A DNA stretch of 62,625 bases, filler included, from Asterionella formosa (taxonomy: Eukaryota): the NCBI GenBank assembly GCA_002256025.1. It is 27 parts of 27 records of this genome, joined end to end, with 100 filler letters (N's around TTAATTAATTAA, not from the genome) between each part and the next. Parts side by side here need not be neighbours in the genome. Positions count along the whole stretch, not along the records: positions 34,888 to 37,109 come from NKIB01000195.1; positions 37,210 to 39,430 come from NKIB01000196.1; positions 39,531 to 41,750 come from NKIB01000197.1; positions 41,851 to 44,070 come from NKIB01000198.1; positions 44,171 to 46,390 come from NKIB01000199.1; positions 46,491 to 48,709 come from NKIB01000200.1; 21 more parts are not named here. One strand, given 5' to 3'. This document shows positions 35,123 through 48,809 of the stretch, piece by piece (position 1 is the first letter of the stretch; every line of letters begins with the position of its first letter). The translations under genes and the position numbers were made by a program. The notes under the pieces were generated by a model. It worked only from the letters and a program-made list of their open reading frames with translations. It searched no databases and was not told where the DNA came from.

Positions 35123-37109
35123 TAATCCATCATTATTGACTTCAGCTTCTGGTTGAACTGTTACTTTCTCTTTAGCATTGTCCTTGTAGATTTTTCCTAG
35201 TCCGTCCGTAGGTGCATTTGTTCCATGCCACTCACTCCACTTAACATCGCGTGTATTGATTACAGTGTTAGTCTCATGATTATACATACGATACGTATCT
35301 TGGGAGTGGTCCTCCGAATAACCCAAAAAGACACACTTGAAAGAACGTGCGTCTAATTTCTTAATGCTGTGTCTTGCAGTAACCCATCCTACGCGCCCAA
35401 ATTGCTTATATAACTTGTAGGGCCTTCTTGGATTCATTTCGCCGTAGAACATGTCGTCGGGACATCTTTTAGTTACTGAGTTAACTGCACTATTTGTTAA
35501 ACGTGTAGCTGTATGTACCGCCTCTGCCCATAATAGCCCTTGGTACTCATCTGTTAGTTTCGCACTTAGCATCATTGCTAGTGCCCTCTGTTGCACAATG
35601 ACAAAACCGCGTTCCGCTACACCATTGTGTTGTGGAGTGTGCGGGGCAGTAAATTCCATTTTTATACCGCGATTTTCACATACCTTTCTCAATTGTTTAG
35701 TATTCTCGCCTGCGTCATCGCAACGGACATACTTTGTCTTGTGACCGGCTCCGGCTAAACTTGATAGTAAAACTTCAATGACTGTTCCGATATCGCTCTT
35801 CTTTTTAATGAAATAGCTCCAGCGCTTTCTTGTGTAGTCGTCCACTGCCATGACCCAGTACTGATTGCCAACAGCGGATTTCGCGTAGGGTCCGCTGATG
35901 TCCACAAACAGTCTCTCTCCAGGTACCGTCGATTTTTCTTGCGTTGTTTTTGGGACGGCTCGTGCTTTCGCTTTCGCTGCCGCACAGCCTGCGCACACTG
36001 TCATGATGCCGCTCAACTTCCATCCAAATAATTTCGCCGTATCGTGCAAACATTTCTCGCCCACATGACCAAGCATCGCATGCGCTTCATTGATATCGAC
36101 AATCACATAATTATTTTTAAATTCACCATTTTGATTATTCCATTTGTTCTTTCCTTTGTTCGTTTTCTTTGCTTCAACTTTCGTCCAATCGTTTTCGTTG
36201 TAGTCGTCGATCGATTGTTGTGTCGCGTTCTCTTGTAGTTGATCGACTTCCATCACCGTTTGCTTGATGATCGGATTACCTTCGACATGATACATTGCTC
36301 CGAGCTTTCGAGTTTTGTCTCTTTTGCAGGTCAGAAAGCCGCTCTTGTTTCGTATCGTCATCCTATCGTCCTCGAAGATCACTTGATTACCCTTGTCGAT
36401 CATTCTAGAGACACTGATGATGTTCTGCTTGAACTCCGGTGCATAAAGCACATCGGTGAGTTTCAAGCATTTTCCTTCGTCCGTAGTCGTCAGGGTCACG
36501 GTACCAGAGACAGTTGATACTATCTCAGTTCCATTCCCTACCACGACCGTTTCACTCACTTGTTTCTTGTCTTCCATCATGCGCACGTCCGTGCAGATGT
36601 GAACAGTAGCACCGCTGTCTAACAACCAGCGATTTCTGACGTCACGAGCGAGGTTGACTTCCTCGTTGTAACTAATTTCGACGCACGTGTCGACGAACAT
36701 TCCTTGCTGCTGGGTAGATGTAGTCGTGTTGTTCTCTTCGTTTCTATTATTCTTAGATGCACTGTTACTAGTGCACTCACTTGCGTAGTGTCCCATGCGC
36801 TGGCACTTGAAACACTTGATCGTTTTCCTCTTTTCTTTCTGCTCAGGAGTGAGCTCCTTCTTGTCGGCACTATTGCCCTTGCTTTGACATTCAGCCGCCC
36901 TGTGGCCATACTTGCCACACTTACGACAGTCACCTTTGAACTTCCCTTTCATGTAGAAGGCCTGTTCACTCTTGTTCTTGTTAGTCGTTTTGACGTCATC
37001 CCGGACATATAGATCGTAGTAGTCCCGGATGTCTGTCTTAATCTCTTCGACCGTTAGCGTGTTGCGCGCCAGGCCGAACCTTCCTACTACCAAACTCTTG
37101 TAGCTTTCA
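35120..37109 (-). mobile_element. Ty1/Copia gag-protease-integrase ORF (intact over this span)
   Basis: Two CCHC knuckles (CRKCGKYGHRAAEC, CFKCQRMGHYASEC), protease WLLDSGATVH, HAMLGH..CAGC zinc motif, and integrase core FVDISGP/VRCDDAGE/HNGVAER. Confidence 0.95.
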
Positions 37110-39034
37110 NNNNNNNNNNNNNNNNNNNNNNNNNNNNNNNNNNNNNNNNNNNNTTAATTAATTAANNNNNNNNNNNNNNNNNNNNNNNNNNNNNNNNNNN
37201 NNNNNNNNNAAAAGTAAAAGACATCGAATTGGATAAAGATAATTAAGATGAATTAAAAGGAGATATATTTTATTATACACCTAATAGAATATAGAAAGAA
37301 ATTGGAATCCCACTCAGGAGCTTTGAAAAATGCATATCTGCCAATTCTACCATTAATTAGCATTTTCGCTTAAATTTATTCACTTAAACATTTTGGTAGT
37401 CTCAGTATTCAAAATATCCATGTTTCGCTTCCTGAATTCAAAGCATGTGCTTATTAATTTGAAGCGCCTTTTTGTTTTTCCCTAGTTGGATTTTGTGTGA
37501 GCAAGATTTGAGAGCGAAAGAAGAAATATGTCATGGTCATTCTGGGAGGCAGTTGATTGTAATTGAAGGAAATCAAATAGGATTTTCACAATTTGTAAGA
37601 ATCAAAATTTCCCATTCACAGGAAAAAATATCCCAATGCAAGAAACACTTACCAAAAAGTTATCTTATTCAATATAAATCAGAACAGAGCATGCAGCTGC
37701 TGCCAGCTCCATGAAATCATCTTTGTTTCCATTGTCTGATGCTGTCTGCTGTGATTGCATTTGCGGCTTACTACTACTTCTTCCCCACATAGCTAGATTC
37801 CAATAACAAATGAACAGGCAACCAACCATCATCGCTCAGTCAACACTCAAGATGGAATGGGCGATGTATGTCTATCCACTACCATAGATCTCAGTAAAAG
37901 CGTTGAGTCCATTACAACAGTTCACCATTCCTGTGGCAAATAGCCTTCCAGCACCATTTCTGGTGGAACTTTTTCAGACAAGGTCCAAAGGAGTTCTTGA
38001 ACCATACATTCCGGAGTGAGCTTGGGATGAAAGGAATCCAGCTATACATTCCTGAATGTTTTTCTGATGGCATTTGAAGTCAAGTTTGCAGGACCCAGGA
38101 ACAAAACATCCCTGCGATCCAGTCGGCCTAAAATGGTAGCATCCAATCAATGATTTTCACTTCTTGCATTGGTCCTTGTTGGTGATGAATTTTTACAACT
38201 AATTCCAACTTTTCTTGATTGACACCAGTGAATTGCTTCAATTGTGTTTTTTATTCATCTTGGCCTGTTGCATTAAGGTCTTCTGTCGATTTGAGACCTT
38301 GACAGTGTTGGCAGTATCGTTGCTAGCAATGGTCATATTGGCAATGGATCTGGTCAGGGATTGAATGACCAAATCAGACAAAGAAACGCTTGCGCTGCCA
38401 CAATCATTGTTCTTCAACGCCTTGTTTTTGGATTCATCGCATTATGCTTGTGAAATAGATGAAAAGTGCTTGGTGGTACATTGATTGGATGCATCACTTG
38501 GATTGTTGCTCACAATTCGTTCTCGATTGTTATGTGATTGATGACTGCCTGGATGGTATGGGTCGTGTTTCTTGCATGGTTGCCATGGCTTGCTATGGCT
38601 CTGAGATGGTGTGGTGACCTTTTTCTGTCATGCTGATTTATGACTCCGCAATTTACGATGACTTCGGGGAAGGAGGAATGGATTCTTGGGACAATTATTT
38701 TGCGATTTTGATGGAAGATGGGATTTACTTTCAATTATCATAGCTAGCTGCCCTACCTGGTACCCAGTAAGAATGGCAACAATCAGGTTTATATGGACGA
38801 GCATCACTGTATAATAGTGCATACCAGTAGTGGTTCTGGTATACAATAACCAGGTTATTAATACTGCTTTACTATAATAACTGTGGTCATTGGTTGTCAA
38901 GTCAGACTTGGTGGTGTCAGACTTTGGACTCAAGTCCAGACTTGGTATAAATAGCTCCCTACCTCTCTCAAAACTTCTACATGTAGACTTCTAACCATAC
39001 CACTGACAAGCATGTTACCTCTCAATTGAAATTG

Positions 39035-39430
39035 ATGTCTCTGCTACTCATAATGATCTGCATGGTTTCCTCAACTTATGCTCTGAGCTCCCCATCAGGC
39101 AACTTCAAGTCATTTGGAGAAGTTTTGATAGACTTTGCTTTCGCTGTCATGATCATCACTGCCTCTGTGCCTGTGTTTGCTGCTGACATGGAACATGGGG
39201 CCACCATATTTTCAGGGAACTGTGCCTCTTGCCATGTTGGAGGTGGCAATGTCATTAATAAAAAGAAGACCTTTCAAAAAGAGGCACTTCAAGCGTTTCT
39301 CAGTCCTGACCAAACGTCCATTGAAAAGTTTGTAACGACCGGTATGTGACACAACAACCTAATATTTTTAAATTGTCAGGGTGGAAAATTAACAGAACAA
39401 GATTATGCAGATGTGACAACTTTTATCACT
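39035..39430 (+). pseudogene. Cytochrome c6-like, lumen-targeted; in-frame TGA at 39347-39349, truncated by the contig end
   Basis: Signal peptide, transit region and thylakoid signal ending VFA|AD; GATIFSGNCASCHVGGGNVI..KKT.QKEAL. The frame continues after the stop as ...GGKLTEQDYADVTTFI. Confidence 0.75.
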
Positions 39431-39530
39431 NNNNNNNNNNNNNNNNNNNNNNNNNNNNNNNNNNNNNNNNNNNNTTAATTAATTAANNNNNNNNNNNNNN
39501 NNNNNNNNNNNNNNNNNNNNNNNNNNNNNN

Positions 39531-41750
39531 CATCACCGAATCAAATAATGTTCTCAGCAACCATCGGTTTGACGTAACAAATAAATCTGTCTACAAGAAA
39601 CCAGGAGATAATGATAAAGAGAGGAAACAAAAGGATGCAGGCAAGGAAGACGAAGATGTGAACTTATCGTTTGCACAGTTAGAAGGAAAATGTTACTGCT
39701 GCGGAAAAGCAGGTCACAAATCTCCTTCGTGCCGAGACAAGTATAAACCCAAAGAGGAATGGGCTATCAACAAGGCTCAAAGCCATGCACAGGCACAGGC
39801 TAATAATACATCCGACATGAGTACAGTTACCTCTGTTAATTCCAACAACCCGCCGTCATCACAAGCTTCACAACAAGCAAATGCCAATCAATTTGGATGG
39901 ACGGGAGCTCATATGAAACTACAATTTTACCAAGCATCTGAGATGCGTGACTGGATACTATTGGATAATCAATCAAGTGTCACAGTCTTTTGCAATCCAA
40001 AAATGGTTAATAACATTCGAATGTCAACCAACGGAAGCATGCACCTGGCCACAAATGGTGGATCCATGGTAACTAATATGAAGGCTGATCTTCCAGAATG
40101 GGGAGAAGTATGGTTTAATGAAAAGGCAATCACAAACATCTTCAGTTATGCCGAAATGGCAGATAGGTACAGAATTACCTATGACTCTGAGAAAGAAGAT
40201 GCATTCATTGTTCATTTGCCTGACAAAACAGTTCGATTTGAAAGAATTGGGATGAACTTATGTTTTCAAGCCAACTACAAGAATGAGAGCGGAGAATGCT
40301 CAAATGTTAAATACACTTGAAGAAAACAAAACATTTTACACTGAACGTCAATTTCAGAGAGCTAAGCGAGCTCGTGATCTATTTCATGCCTTGGGTACAC
40401 CATCAATTAATGATTTCAAGGCAATAATTCGTATGAATACGATCAACAATAATCCAGTGACTACCGATGATATCAAAATTGCAGAGAAAATTTTTGGGCC
40501 TGACATCGGAACACTAAAAGGCAAGACAACTCGTCGCAAGCCGCTGCCAGTCGTGAACGACTACATCGAGATTCCTAAGGAGCTTATTCAAGCTCAACGC
40601 GAAGTGACTCTTTGCATGGACGGAATGAAAGTCAATGGACAATCATTTCTCACAACAATTTCTCGAAACATTATGTATAGGACAGCGCAATGGGTCAAGA
40701 ATCAGACAGCTGAAGTCTATCGAGATGCTTTGATTCAAGTATTCCGTGTTTATAATACCGGAGGATTTAAAATTACAACAATCCACTGTGACAACGAGTT
40801 TCGACCTTTGATGGAACAAATTTCCAATGAATTTCAAGTCACTATGAACTACGCAAACCCACAAGAACATGTTCCCGAAGCGGAGCGAAATAATCGAGTG
40901 ATTAAAGAACGCGTGCGCGCAGCTTATCATCGATTACCTTTCAAACATTTGCCGCGACTGATGATTAAGATTCTAGTGACAGAATCTGCAAGGAAACTGA
41001 ATTTCTTTCCGGCAAAGAACGGGATATCCCCGTATTACAGTCCTCGTATGATTTTACATCAACGAAACCTGGACTATGCTCGACATTGCCAGTATACATT
41101 TGGCACTTATGTCCAAGCACATGAAGAACCTGTGTTTTCAAACACAAATGCACCTCGCAGCCTAGATTGCATTTTTCTACGCTACAATGACAATGTGCAA
41201 GGAGGTCATGAATTGTTACACCTACCTACAAATTCATTGATCACTAGACGAACAATTACTCCTCTACCACTTACCCCAGCAATCATGAATCAAGTACACG
41301 CCCTTGCTGTGCAGGAAAATATGCCAGATGGTCTCAAGATAGCAAATCGAACGGGGCAACTATTTTATGATAGTGCTTGGATTGCAGGAGTGGATTATGA
41401 TAATGAAGCATTTGAAGATGCACAAGATGAAGATTATGAAGATCAAGATGCTAGTGACAACGAAAGCAATGATGAAATTCTTGGAGAAGAAGACTATGAC
41501 GAAATGACTCCGGATGAAATATATGAAGCAGAACAGCTCGAATTAAATGACAATACTCAAGAGGATGACCCTGAACCTGACGAGGGCAACAATGAGAATA
41601 ATATTGAAATGAATTCAGATGAAATCCAAGATGAGGATGAAGAGCCAGCAAATGAAACTGAAAATGAAGAGGCAATGTTAGAAGTCAATCCAAGCACTCA
41701 GGATGACTCAGACCCAAATGTTAGAACTACAAGGTCTGGAAGAGTCTCAA
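39531..41750 (+). mobile_element. Divergent Copia-class (diatom CoDi II-like) gag-protease-integrase with one frameshift at ~40258
   Basis: CYCCGKAGHKSPSC knuckle, WILLDNQS protease, integrase IHCDNEF/EHVPEAERNNRVIKER, acidic linker, RTTRSGR. Confidence 0.88.
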
Positions 41751-41850
41751 NNNNNNNNNNNNNNNNNNNNNNNNNNNNNNNNNNNNNNNNNNNNTTAATT
41801 AATTAANNNNNNNNNNNNNNNNNNNNNNNNNNNNNNNNNNNNNNNNNNNN

Positions 41851-43021
41851 TGAACTCGGCCTGCCGGACGGCATGCGCGAACGCTCCGATGAGTCGAATG
41901 CGTTGTTCTGGGGAGAGGTTGGCGAGGAATGGATCGGTGACATCACAAAATCCAATGGACGCAAGGAATTCAGTCCAGATTCGGAAGACGCGATTGAGCT
42001 TCGCTGTGGTGTTAGCTTGAAGTCCTTGGGAGCGCGCCCGATCTGCATCCATAAGGTAAGCTTGGAGGCGATGTCGGTGGGGAGCGGCGAGATGGAGAAA
42101 TTCGGGGGCATCTGGTGGGTGGCCGAGTGATGGATGAGGTGTGTTAGTTGTGCATTTAATAGATGATGGTCACGAGAGAGGGCATCGGCTATCACGTTGT
42201 CATCTCCTGGGATCCATTGGCTGTAGCTACACGCCTGGGTTTGCTCGAGGATTGCGGCAAGCCAGCGAGAGATTGCTAAATGGGTCGATTTTTCTAGACC
42301 TTGAAACCGTGCGCCACCGCGATGAAGCCAATAATCCGCCGTCGAGCTGTCCAGTTGGGAGAGAATGCAGTCGTCGGGTCTGATGTTACCGACTGCGGCT
42401 TCAGTTGCGATGGTGGTGATTGATGCAAGGTACTCCAGTAGGTTCAACGACAGATGTCCCCGACATTCTGTTGGAATTTCGAATCGCCAGGCTCGGCCCG
42501 ATGTGAGCGAGGAGAATGGTGGGAACACGTAGTGTTAGTCGGTTTAGGCTGATTCCTTGGCTTGCGGTACGTAAGAAGGTGAGCCATTGCCGCAATTCTT
42601 CCTTTTGTAATTCCGAAAATGGAATTCTTTTTCCGCTGACCCTTGCTCGCCGTTCGGCACGTCGGAGATGGCATAGAAAGGCACGAGCGGTTGGGATCAC
42701 ATACGAGGCATGGTTCAGTCGACCGATCGTGGTCGCTAATACGTCACAATCAACCGTGGGCAACTGTAGTATGCGGTCAATTTCTGCATTCCAGGACGTG
42801 AGTTTATCGTGGGGGAGGCGTAGTCGAAGAGTGCGTGTGTTCACCTCCCATCCTAAGATTATCTTGGATTCTTCTGGGGAGCCTTCTGCTGTCATTTTTT
42901 CGAACGCGAGTAGATCTTCACGTTGTAGGGGTTCAAAGTCAGCTATAGGTCTGCCCAACAGATGTAGCATAAGCAGTGTAATTCGTGAACCTTTCCATAT
43001 TCGAAACCCGTTTGATTCGTC
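41851..43021 (-). mobile_element. Ngaro/DIRS-like RT-RNase H with overlapping start of a probable tyrosine-recombinase ORF (42052->41851); frameshift at ~42510
   Basis: RT/RNase H motifs LHLLGRP, K..AEGSP.E.K.ILGWEVNTR, IGRLNHA, SLNLLEYLA, DSSTA..W, SQWIPGDDNVIADALSR. The overlapping frame reads ...WTEFLASIG..DPFL..L....R..LIGAFAHAVR. Confidence 0.85.
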
Positions 43022-44070
43022 CATCTAAGACGCCGTTTACGGCACTTTTTCGAATTTATGTGTAAAGTGACGTATTTATGCTACTTTTTTAAAATATTAT
43101 GTTACTTTTTTGAAATATTATGATACTTTTTCCCTAATTTATTCGGGTTAAACAAAAATTTATTTCACTTATCGAATAATTATGTGATCACACCAATAAT
43201 TATGTGTGTTCGTGACAATATATGTTGACCAACTAGCCATCGCAACAGTTTAAAAGCGAAATTATGCTGCTCTGCCGCAATATTATGCTGCTTTCACCAT
43301 ATAATGAACGAAAGAGTCGCCAATTCCGATACACTTATTATTTTTTCCGCTCCGACATATCACTTTGATCTGAACTGGCAAAGAATAACACATGCAAGAG
43401 GAAGATTCACACTGTAGAATTCAGCACACGTAGTAGTAGTAGTTGATGTTGTAGACACATAATTAAGTCATTGTTGATTGTAGAGATTACAATAGCCTGC
43501 CAGATTGGAAATAAAGCACCGTTGGTACTTGTTGAGCATCGTTGAGCATTGCATGTCTCCGTAGTGAATCGAAATTGAGATGTGCCACAATGGCCTTCTC
43601 CGTCTCGGAGCAGCTACAAATAGTCTACAGCGATAACTCTAGCAAGTACAATATAGAAAAAGAACCAGAGGATGAGTAGCTGACAACAATTGAATTCGTA
43701 AAATCGTTAAGAAACAGCTGTTGCATATTTTAAATATTCAATGCATGTTGCCATCATACTAGTGAATCTAAATTGAGATGTGCCTCAATGGCCTTCTCCT
43801 TTTCGGATCTGCTACAAATAGTCTACAGCGATAACTCTAGCAAGTGCAATATAGAAAAAGAAGCAGAGGATGAGTAGCTGACAACAATTGAATTCGTAAA
43901 ATCGTTAAGAAACAGCTGTTGCATATTTAACTGTCAAATCTCCTCATCACTTCACATGCATGATCTGGATTTCACTTGTCATTGCACTTTTCTTCATTGC
44001 CTTTTCTATGCATATACAGTACACCGGTATATACTATTACACATTCTGTAACTGATGTAACTTGTACCCC
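43022..44070 (+). mobile_element. AT-rich DNA-element end inserted into the Ngaro RT; contains a ~170-bp direct repeat (43562 and 43760)
   Basis: Abrupt drop in GC content. The terminus CATCTAAGACGCCGTTTACGGCACTTTTTCGAA resembles the one at 35122 (- strand). Confidence 0.55.
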
Positions 44071-44170
44071 NNNNNNNNNNNNNNNNNNNNNNNNNNNNNN
44101 NNNNNNNNNNNNNNTTAATTAATTAANNNNNNNNNNNNNNNNNNNNNNNNNNNNNNNNNNNNNNNNNNNN

Positions 44171-46390
44171 GTACCACACTCCCAAATGCTTCTTCAAAGG
44201 GCCAAGCTCCTTAATTGTGAAGTGTTTCTTGATTTCATTTTTGAACCATTTAATATCATTTGGCTTTCCAGCAATTGCACAATCATCGACATGTGTGGCA
44301 ATTATTAGGATTAGTGCATTGTTTTCCTTGATGAAGAATACACATGGATCGACCTTGCTCTGCCTCTATCCAACTTTGGTTAAGTTTTGAACCATCTTCT
44401 TGAAGAATTGTAGCGCTGCTTGAACTGTGCCATACATGGCCTTCTCCAACTTAATGCATTTGTTTTTCATTGTTTCTTGTGTTTCGAAACCAAAGTCTAA
44501 AACCCCATCTGGCCATTCAATATAGATTTGCTCTTCCATGTCTCCTTCAAGAAAAGCAGCTTCAACATCAATGATTTCACAAACCCATCGTATTTCTTCA
44601 GACTTATCCCATTTGTATAACGAGAGAGCGAATATCATACGCATTGAAGCATCTGTTGCAACTGGAGCAAATGAATCAGTGAAATCCAGTCCTGGGATCT
44701 GAACGTAGCCTTTCACTACAATACGTCCTTTGTATCGAATACTCTTATCCTGCTCGGATTTCTTCTTGAATACACAGCGTGTGCCTAAGGGTTTTCTGCC
44801 CTTGAGATTGTCACAAGGAACCATTTTCCAAACATTTTGCTTGTAGAAATTGTTGATTTCATTTTTAATAGCAACGGTCCACTGCTTGCTCTCGTCTCCT
44901 TTCATAGCCTCCTTGTAATGCTTTGGCTCCCCGGGATCGGAAGCAAGCGTTGTAGAATATGCATAGAACCTCTCTACTCCTTCTTCACTTTGAAATAGTT
45001 CATCATCATCTTGATAGGCCGCTTCAGAATAATCTATTTCTTCAATTGATCCTTTGTCCTTGTCATCTAGTTGTAAGCTGCGCCGAGCACTGCGTTTGCC
45101 AGTAACTTCTTTCCAACCATCAAGGCGTTTCAATTCTCGTTCCAATTTTGCTTTCTTCGAAGCATCTTTGTTGATCTCATCACTTAACTTCCCCACTGCT
45201 TCGGATAGCTGAAATCTTGTTTGTTTCACAACTGGAACAGGTGTTTCCAAATCAATATCCTGCTGGATAGGTGGCACAACAGGAAGAACATCTTCGTCCT
45301 GCTTTTCATCATCAATTGGAATAACAACCACTTCTGTGTCCCCTTCCACATTGAAATCCCTCAAACCTGCGATTGGACTTGTTTGGCCATGCCAATTAGC
45401 CCAACGAATGTTTCGACTATTTAAAATCTTTCTTGTCTGAGGGTTAAACATTCGGTAAGTGTCTCCAGCATGATCATGAGAATAACCAACCATCACACAT
45501 TTAATGGCCTTTTCTTCGACTTTATTTGTTTTCTTAGCACCAATTTTCACCCATCCGATCCTGCCAAAATGCATTAGATGATCGTAAATCATTGGAACCT
45601 TTTTGTAAAACTTCTCATCTGCACTTTTTACATCATTAGATGTGGCCACAATGTTCGTGATTCGTGTGTTGGTGTTGATGGCCTCTGCCCAAAGTAAACC
45701 TTGAAATTCATCATTAAATTTTGCAGCAAACATTGCTGCACATGCTCGTTGACGAATGGTTACAAACTTTCGCTCCACAATTCCATTCTGTTGTGGTGTG
45801 TAGGGTGCCGTAAATTCGATTTGAATATTGAATTTCTCGCATAGTTTTGTCAAACCTGAGACGTTTTCACCCGCATTGTCACAACGGAGAAACTTGGTAA
45901 CATACTCAGCCGTTTTGAGTTTAGTCAACAAATCTTCAATCTTTGAAGCAAGCTGTGACTTCTTCTTAACAAAGAAACTCCAAGATTTTCCGGTGTAATC
46001 ATCAACAACAAGGATCCAATAGTCATTTCCTAAAATCGACTTTTTATATGGACCGCTGATATCTGTGCACAAACGTTCGCCCGGTTGAGTAGCCTTGCTC
46101 ATAGTGATTTTAGGAACACTTTTTGCTTTAGCCTTAGCTAGCGCACATCCTTCACATGTATACATCACACCTGTCATTTTGATACCAAGCGATTTCATAG
46201 TAGCCCGCAATGCCGCTTCCCCAATATGTCCGTATTTAGCGTGAGCTTCATTAATGTCCATACTGGTCAATTTCGTTGTGATGACCTCTGCAGATAAGAT
46301 ATCACTCCCACCTGGGTAAATTCCACGAGTTCCTTGGAAATAGTACAAAACATCTGAATGATCACGTTTGAAATCTAGCGTCTCAGTTTT
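44171..46390 (-). mobile_element. Copia integrase-RT segment, copy 1 (premature TAG at 44366-44368)
   Basis: Motifs HAKYGH..CEGC, CTDISGP, LRCDNAGE, QNGIVER, GRIVVKGY, IDVEAAFL, KAMYG, THVDD. Confidence 0.97.
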
Positions 46391-46490
46391 NNNNNNNNNN
46401 NNNNNNNNNNNNNNNNNNNNNNNNNNNNNNNNNNTTAATTAATTAANNNNNNNNNNNNNNNNNNNNNNNNNNNNNNNNNNNNNNNNNNNN

Positions 46491-48709
46491 GTACCACACT
46501 CCCAAATGCTTCTTCAAAGGGCCAAGCTCCTTAATTGTGAAGTGTTTCTTGATTTCATTTTTGAACCATTTAATATCATTTGGCTTTCCAGCAATTGCAC
46601 AATCATCGACATGTGTGGCAATTATTAGGATTAGTGCATTGTTTTCCTTGATGAAGAATACACATGGATCGACCTTGCTTTGCCTCAATCCAACTTTGGT
46701 TAAGTTTTGAACCATCTTCTTGAAGAATTGTAGCGCTGCTTGAACTGTGCCATACATGGCCTTCTCCAACTTAATGCATTTGTTTTTCATTGTTTCTTGT
46801 GTTTCGAAACTAAAGTCTAAAACCCCATCTGGCCATTCAATATAGATTTGCTCTTCCATGTCTCCTTCAAGAAAAGCAGCTTCAACATCAATGATTTCAC
46901 AAACCCATCGTATTTTTTCAGACTTATCCCATTTGTATAACGAGAGAGCGAATATCATACGCATTGAAGCATCTGTTGCAACTGGAGCAAATGAATCAGT
47001 GAAATCCAGTCCTGGGATCTGAACGTAGCCTTTCACTACAATACGTCCTTTGTATCGAATACTTTTATCCTGCTCGGATTTCTTCTTGAATACCCAGCGT
47101 GTGCCTAAGGGTTTTCTGCCCTTGAGATTGTCACGAGTAACCATTTTCCAAACATTTCGCTTGTAGAAATTGTTGATTTCATTTTTAATAGCAATGGTCC
47201 ACTGCCTGCTCTCGTCTCCTTTCATAGCCTCCTTGTAATGCTTTGGCTCCCCAGGATCGGAAGCAAGAGTTGTAGAATATGCATAGAACCTCTCTACTCC
47301 TTCTTCACTTTGAAATAGTTCATCATCATCTTGATAAGCCGCTTCAGAATAATCTATTTCTTCAATTGATCCTTTGTCCTTTTCATCTAGTTGTAAGTTG
47401 CGCCGAGCACTGCGTTTGCCAGTAACTTCTTTCCAACCATCAAGGCGTTTCAATTCTTGTTCCAATTTTGCTTTCTTCGAAGCATCTTTGTTGATCTCAT
47501 CACCTAACTTTCCCACTGCTTCGGATAGCTGAAATCTTGTTTGTTTCGCAACTGGAACAGGTGTTTCCAAATCAATATCCTGCTGGATAGGTGGCACAAC
47601 AGGAAGAACATCTTCGTCCTGCTTTGCATCATCAATTGGAATAACAACCACTTCTGTGTCCCTTCCACATTGAAATCCCTCAAACCTGCGATTGGACTTG
47701 TTTGGCCATGCCAATCAGCCCAGCGAATGTTTCGACTATTTAAAATCTTTCTTGTCTGAGGGTTAAACATTCGGTAAGTGTCTCCAGCATGATCATGAGA
47801 ATAACCAACCATCACACATTTAATGGCCTTTTCTTCGAGTTTATTTGTTTTCTTAGCACCAATTTTCACCCATCCGATCCTGCCAAAATGCATTAGATGA
47901 TCGTAAATCATTGGAACCTTTTTGTAAAACTTCTCATCTGCACTTTTTACATCATTAGATGTGGCCACAATGTTCGTGATTCGTGTTTTGGTGTTGATGG
48001 CCTCTGCCCAAAGTAAACCTTGAAATTCATCATTAAATTTTGCAGCAAACATTGCTGCACATGCTCGTTGACAAATGGTCACAAACTTTCGCTCCACAAT
48101 TCCATTCTGTTGTGGTGTGTAGGGTGCCGTAAATTCAATTTGAATATTGAATTTGTCGCATAGTTTTGTCAAACCGGAGACGTTTTCACCCGCATTGTCA
48201 CAACGGAGAAACTTGGTAACATACTCAGCCGTTTTGAGTTTAGTCAACAAATCTTCAATCTTTGAAGCAAGCTGTGACTTCTTCTTAACAAAGAAACTCC
48301 AAGATTTTCCGGTGTAATCATCAACAACAAGGATCCAATAGTCATTTCCTAAAATCGACTTTTTATATGGACCGCTGATATCTGTGCACAAACGTTCGCC
48401 CGGTTGAGTAGCCTTGCTCATAGTGATTTTAGGAACACTTTTTGCTTTAGCCTTAGCTAGCGCACATCCTTCACATGTATACATCACACCTGTCATTTTG
48501 ATACCAAGCGATTTCATAGTAGCCCGCAATGCCGCTTCCCCAATATGTCCGTATTTAGCGTGAGCTTCATTAATGTCCATACTGGTCAATTTCGTTGTGA
48601 TGACCTCTGCAGATAAGATATCACTCCCACCTGGGTAAATTCCACGAGTTCCTTGGAAATAGTACAAAACATCTGAATGATCACGTTTGAAATCTAGCGT
48701 CTCAGTTTT
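46491..48709 (-). mobile_element. Copia integrase-RT segment, copy 2 (1-nt deletion frameshift at ~47660)
   Basis: Near-identical to the other copies, with the same end points. Confidence 0.97.
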
Positions 48710-48809
48710 NNNNNNNNNNNNNNNNNNNNNNNNNNNNNNNNNNNNNNNNNNNNTTAATTAATTAANNNNNNNNNNNNNNNNNNNNNNNNNNNNNNNNNNN
48801 NNNNNNNNN

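Noticed and set aside
39342..39379. GT-AG intron removing the cytochrome c6 stop codon
   Set aside because: It is only 38 nt, and splicing would shift the frame away from the conserved GGKL..QDYADV tail.
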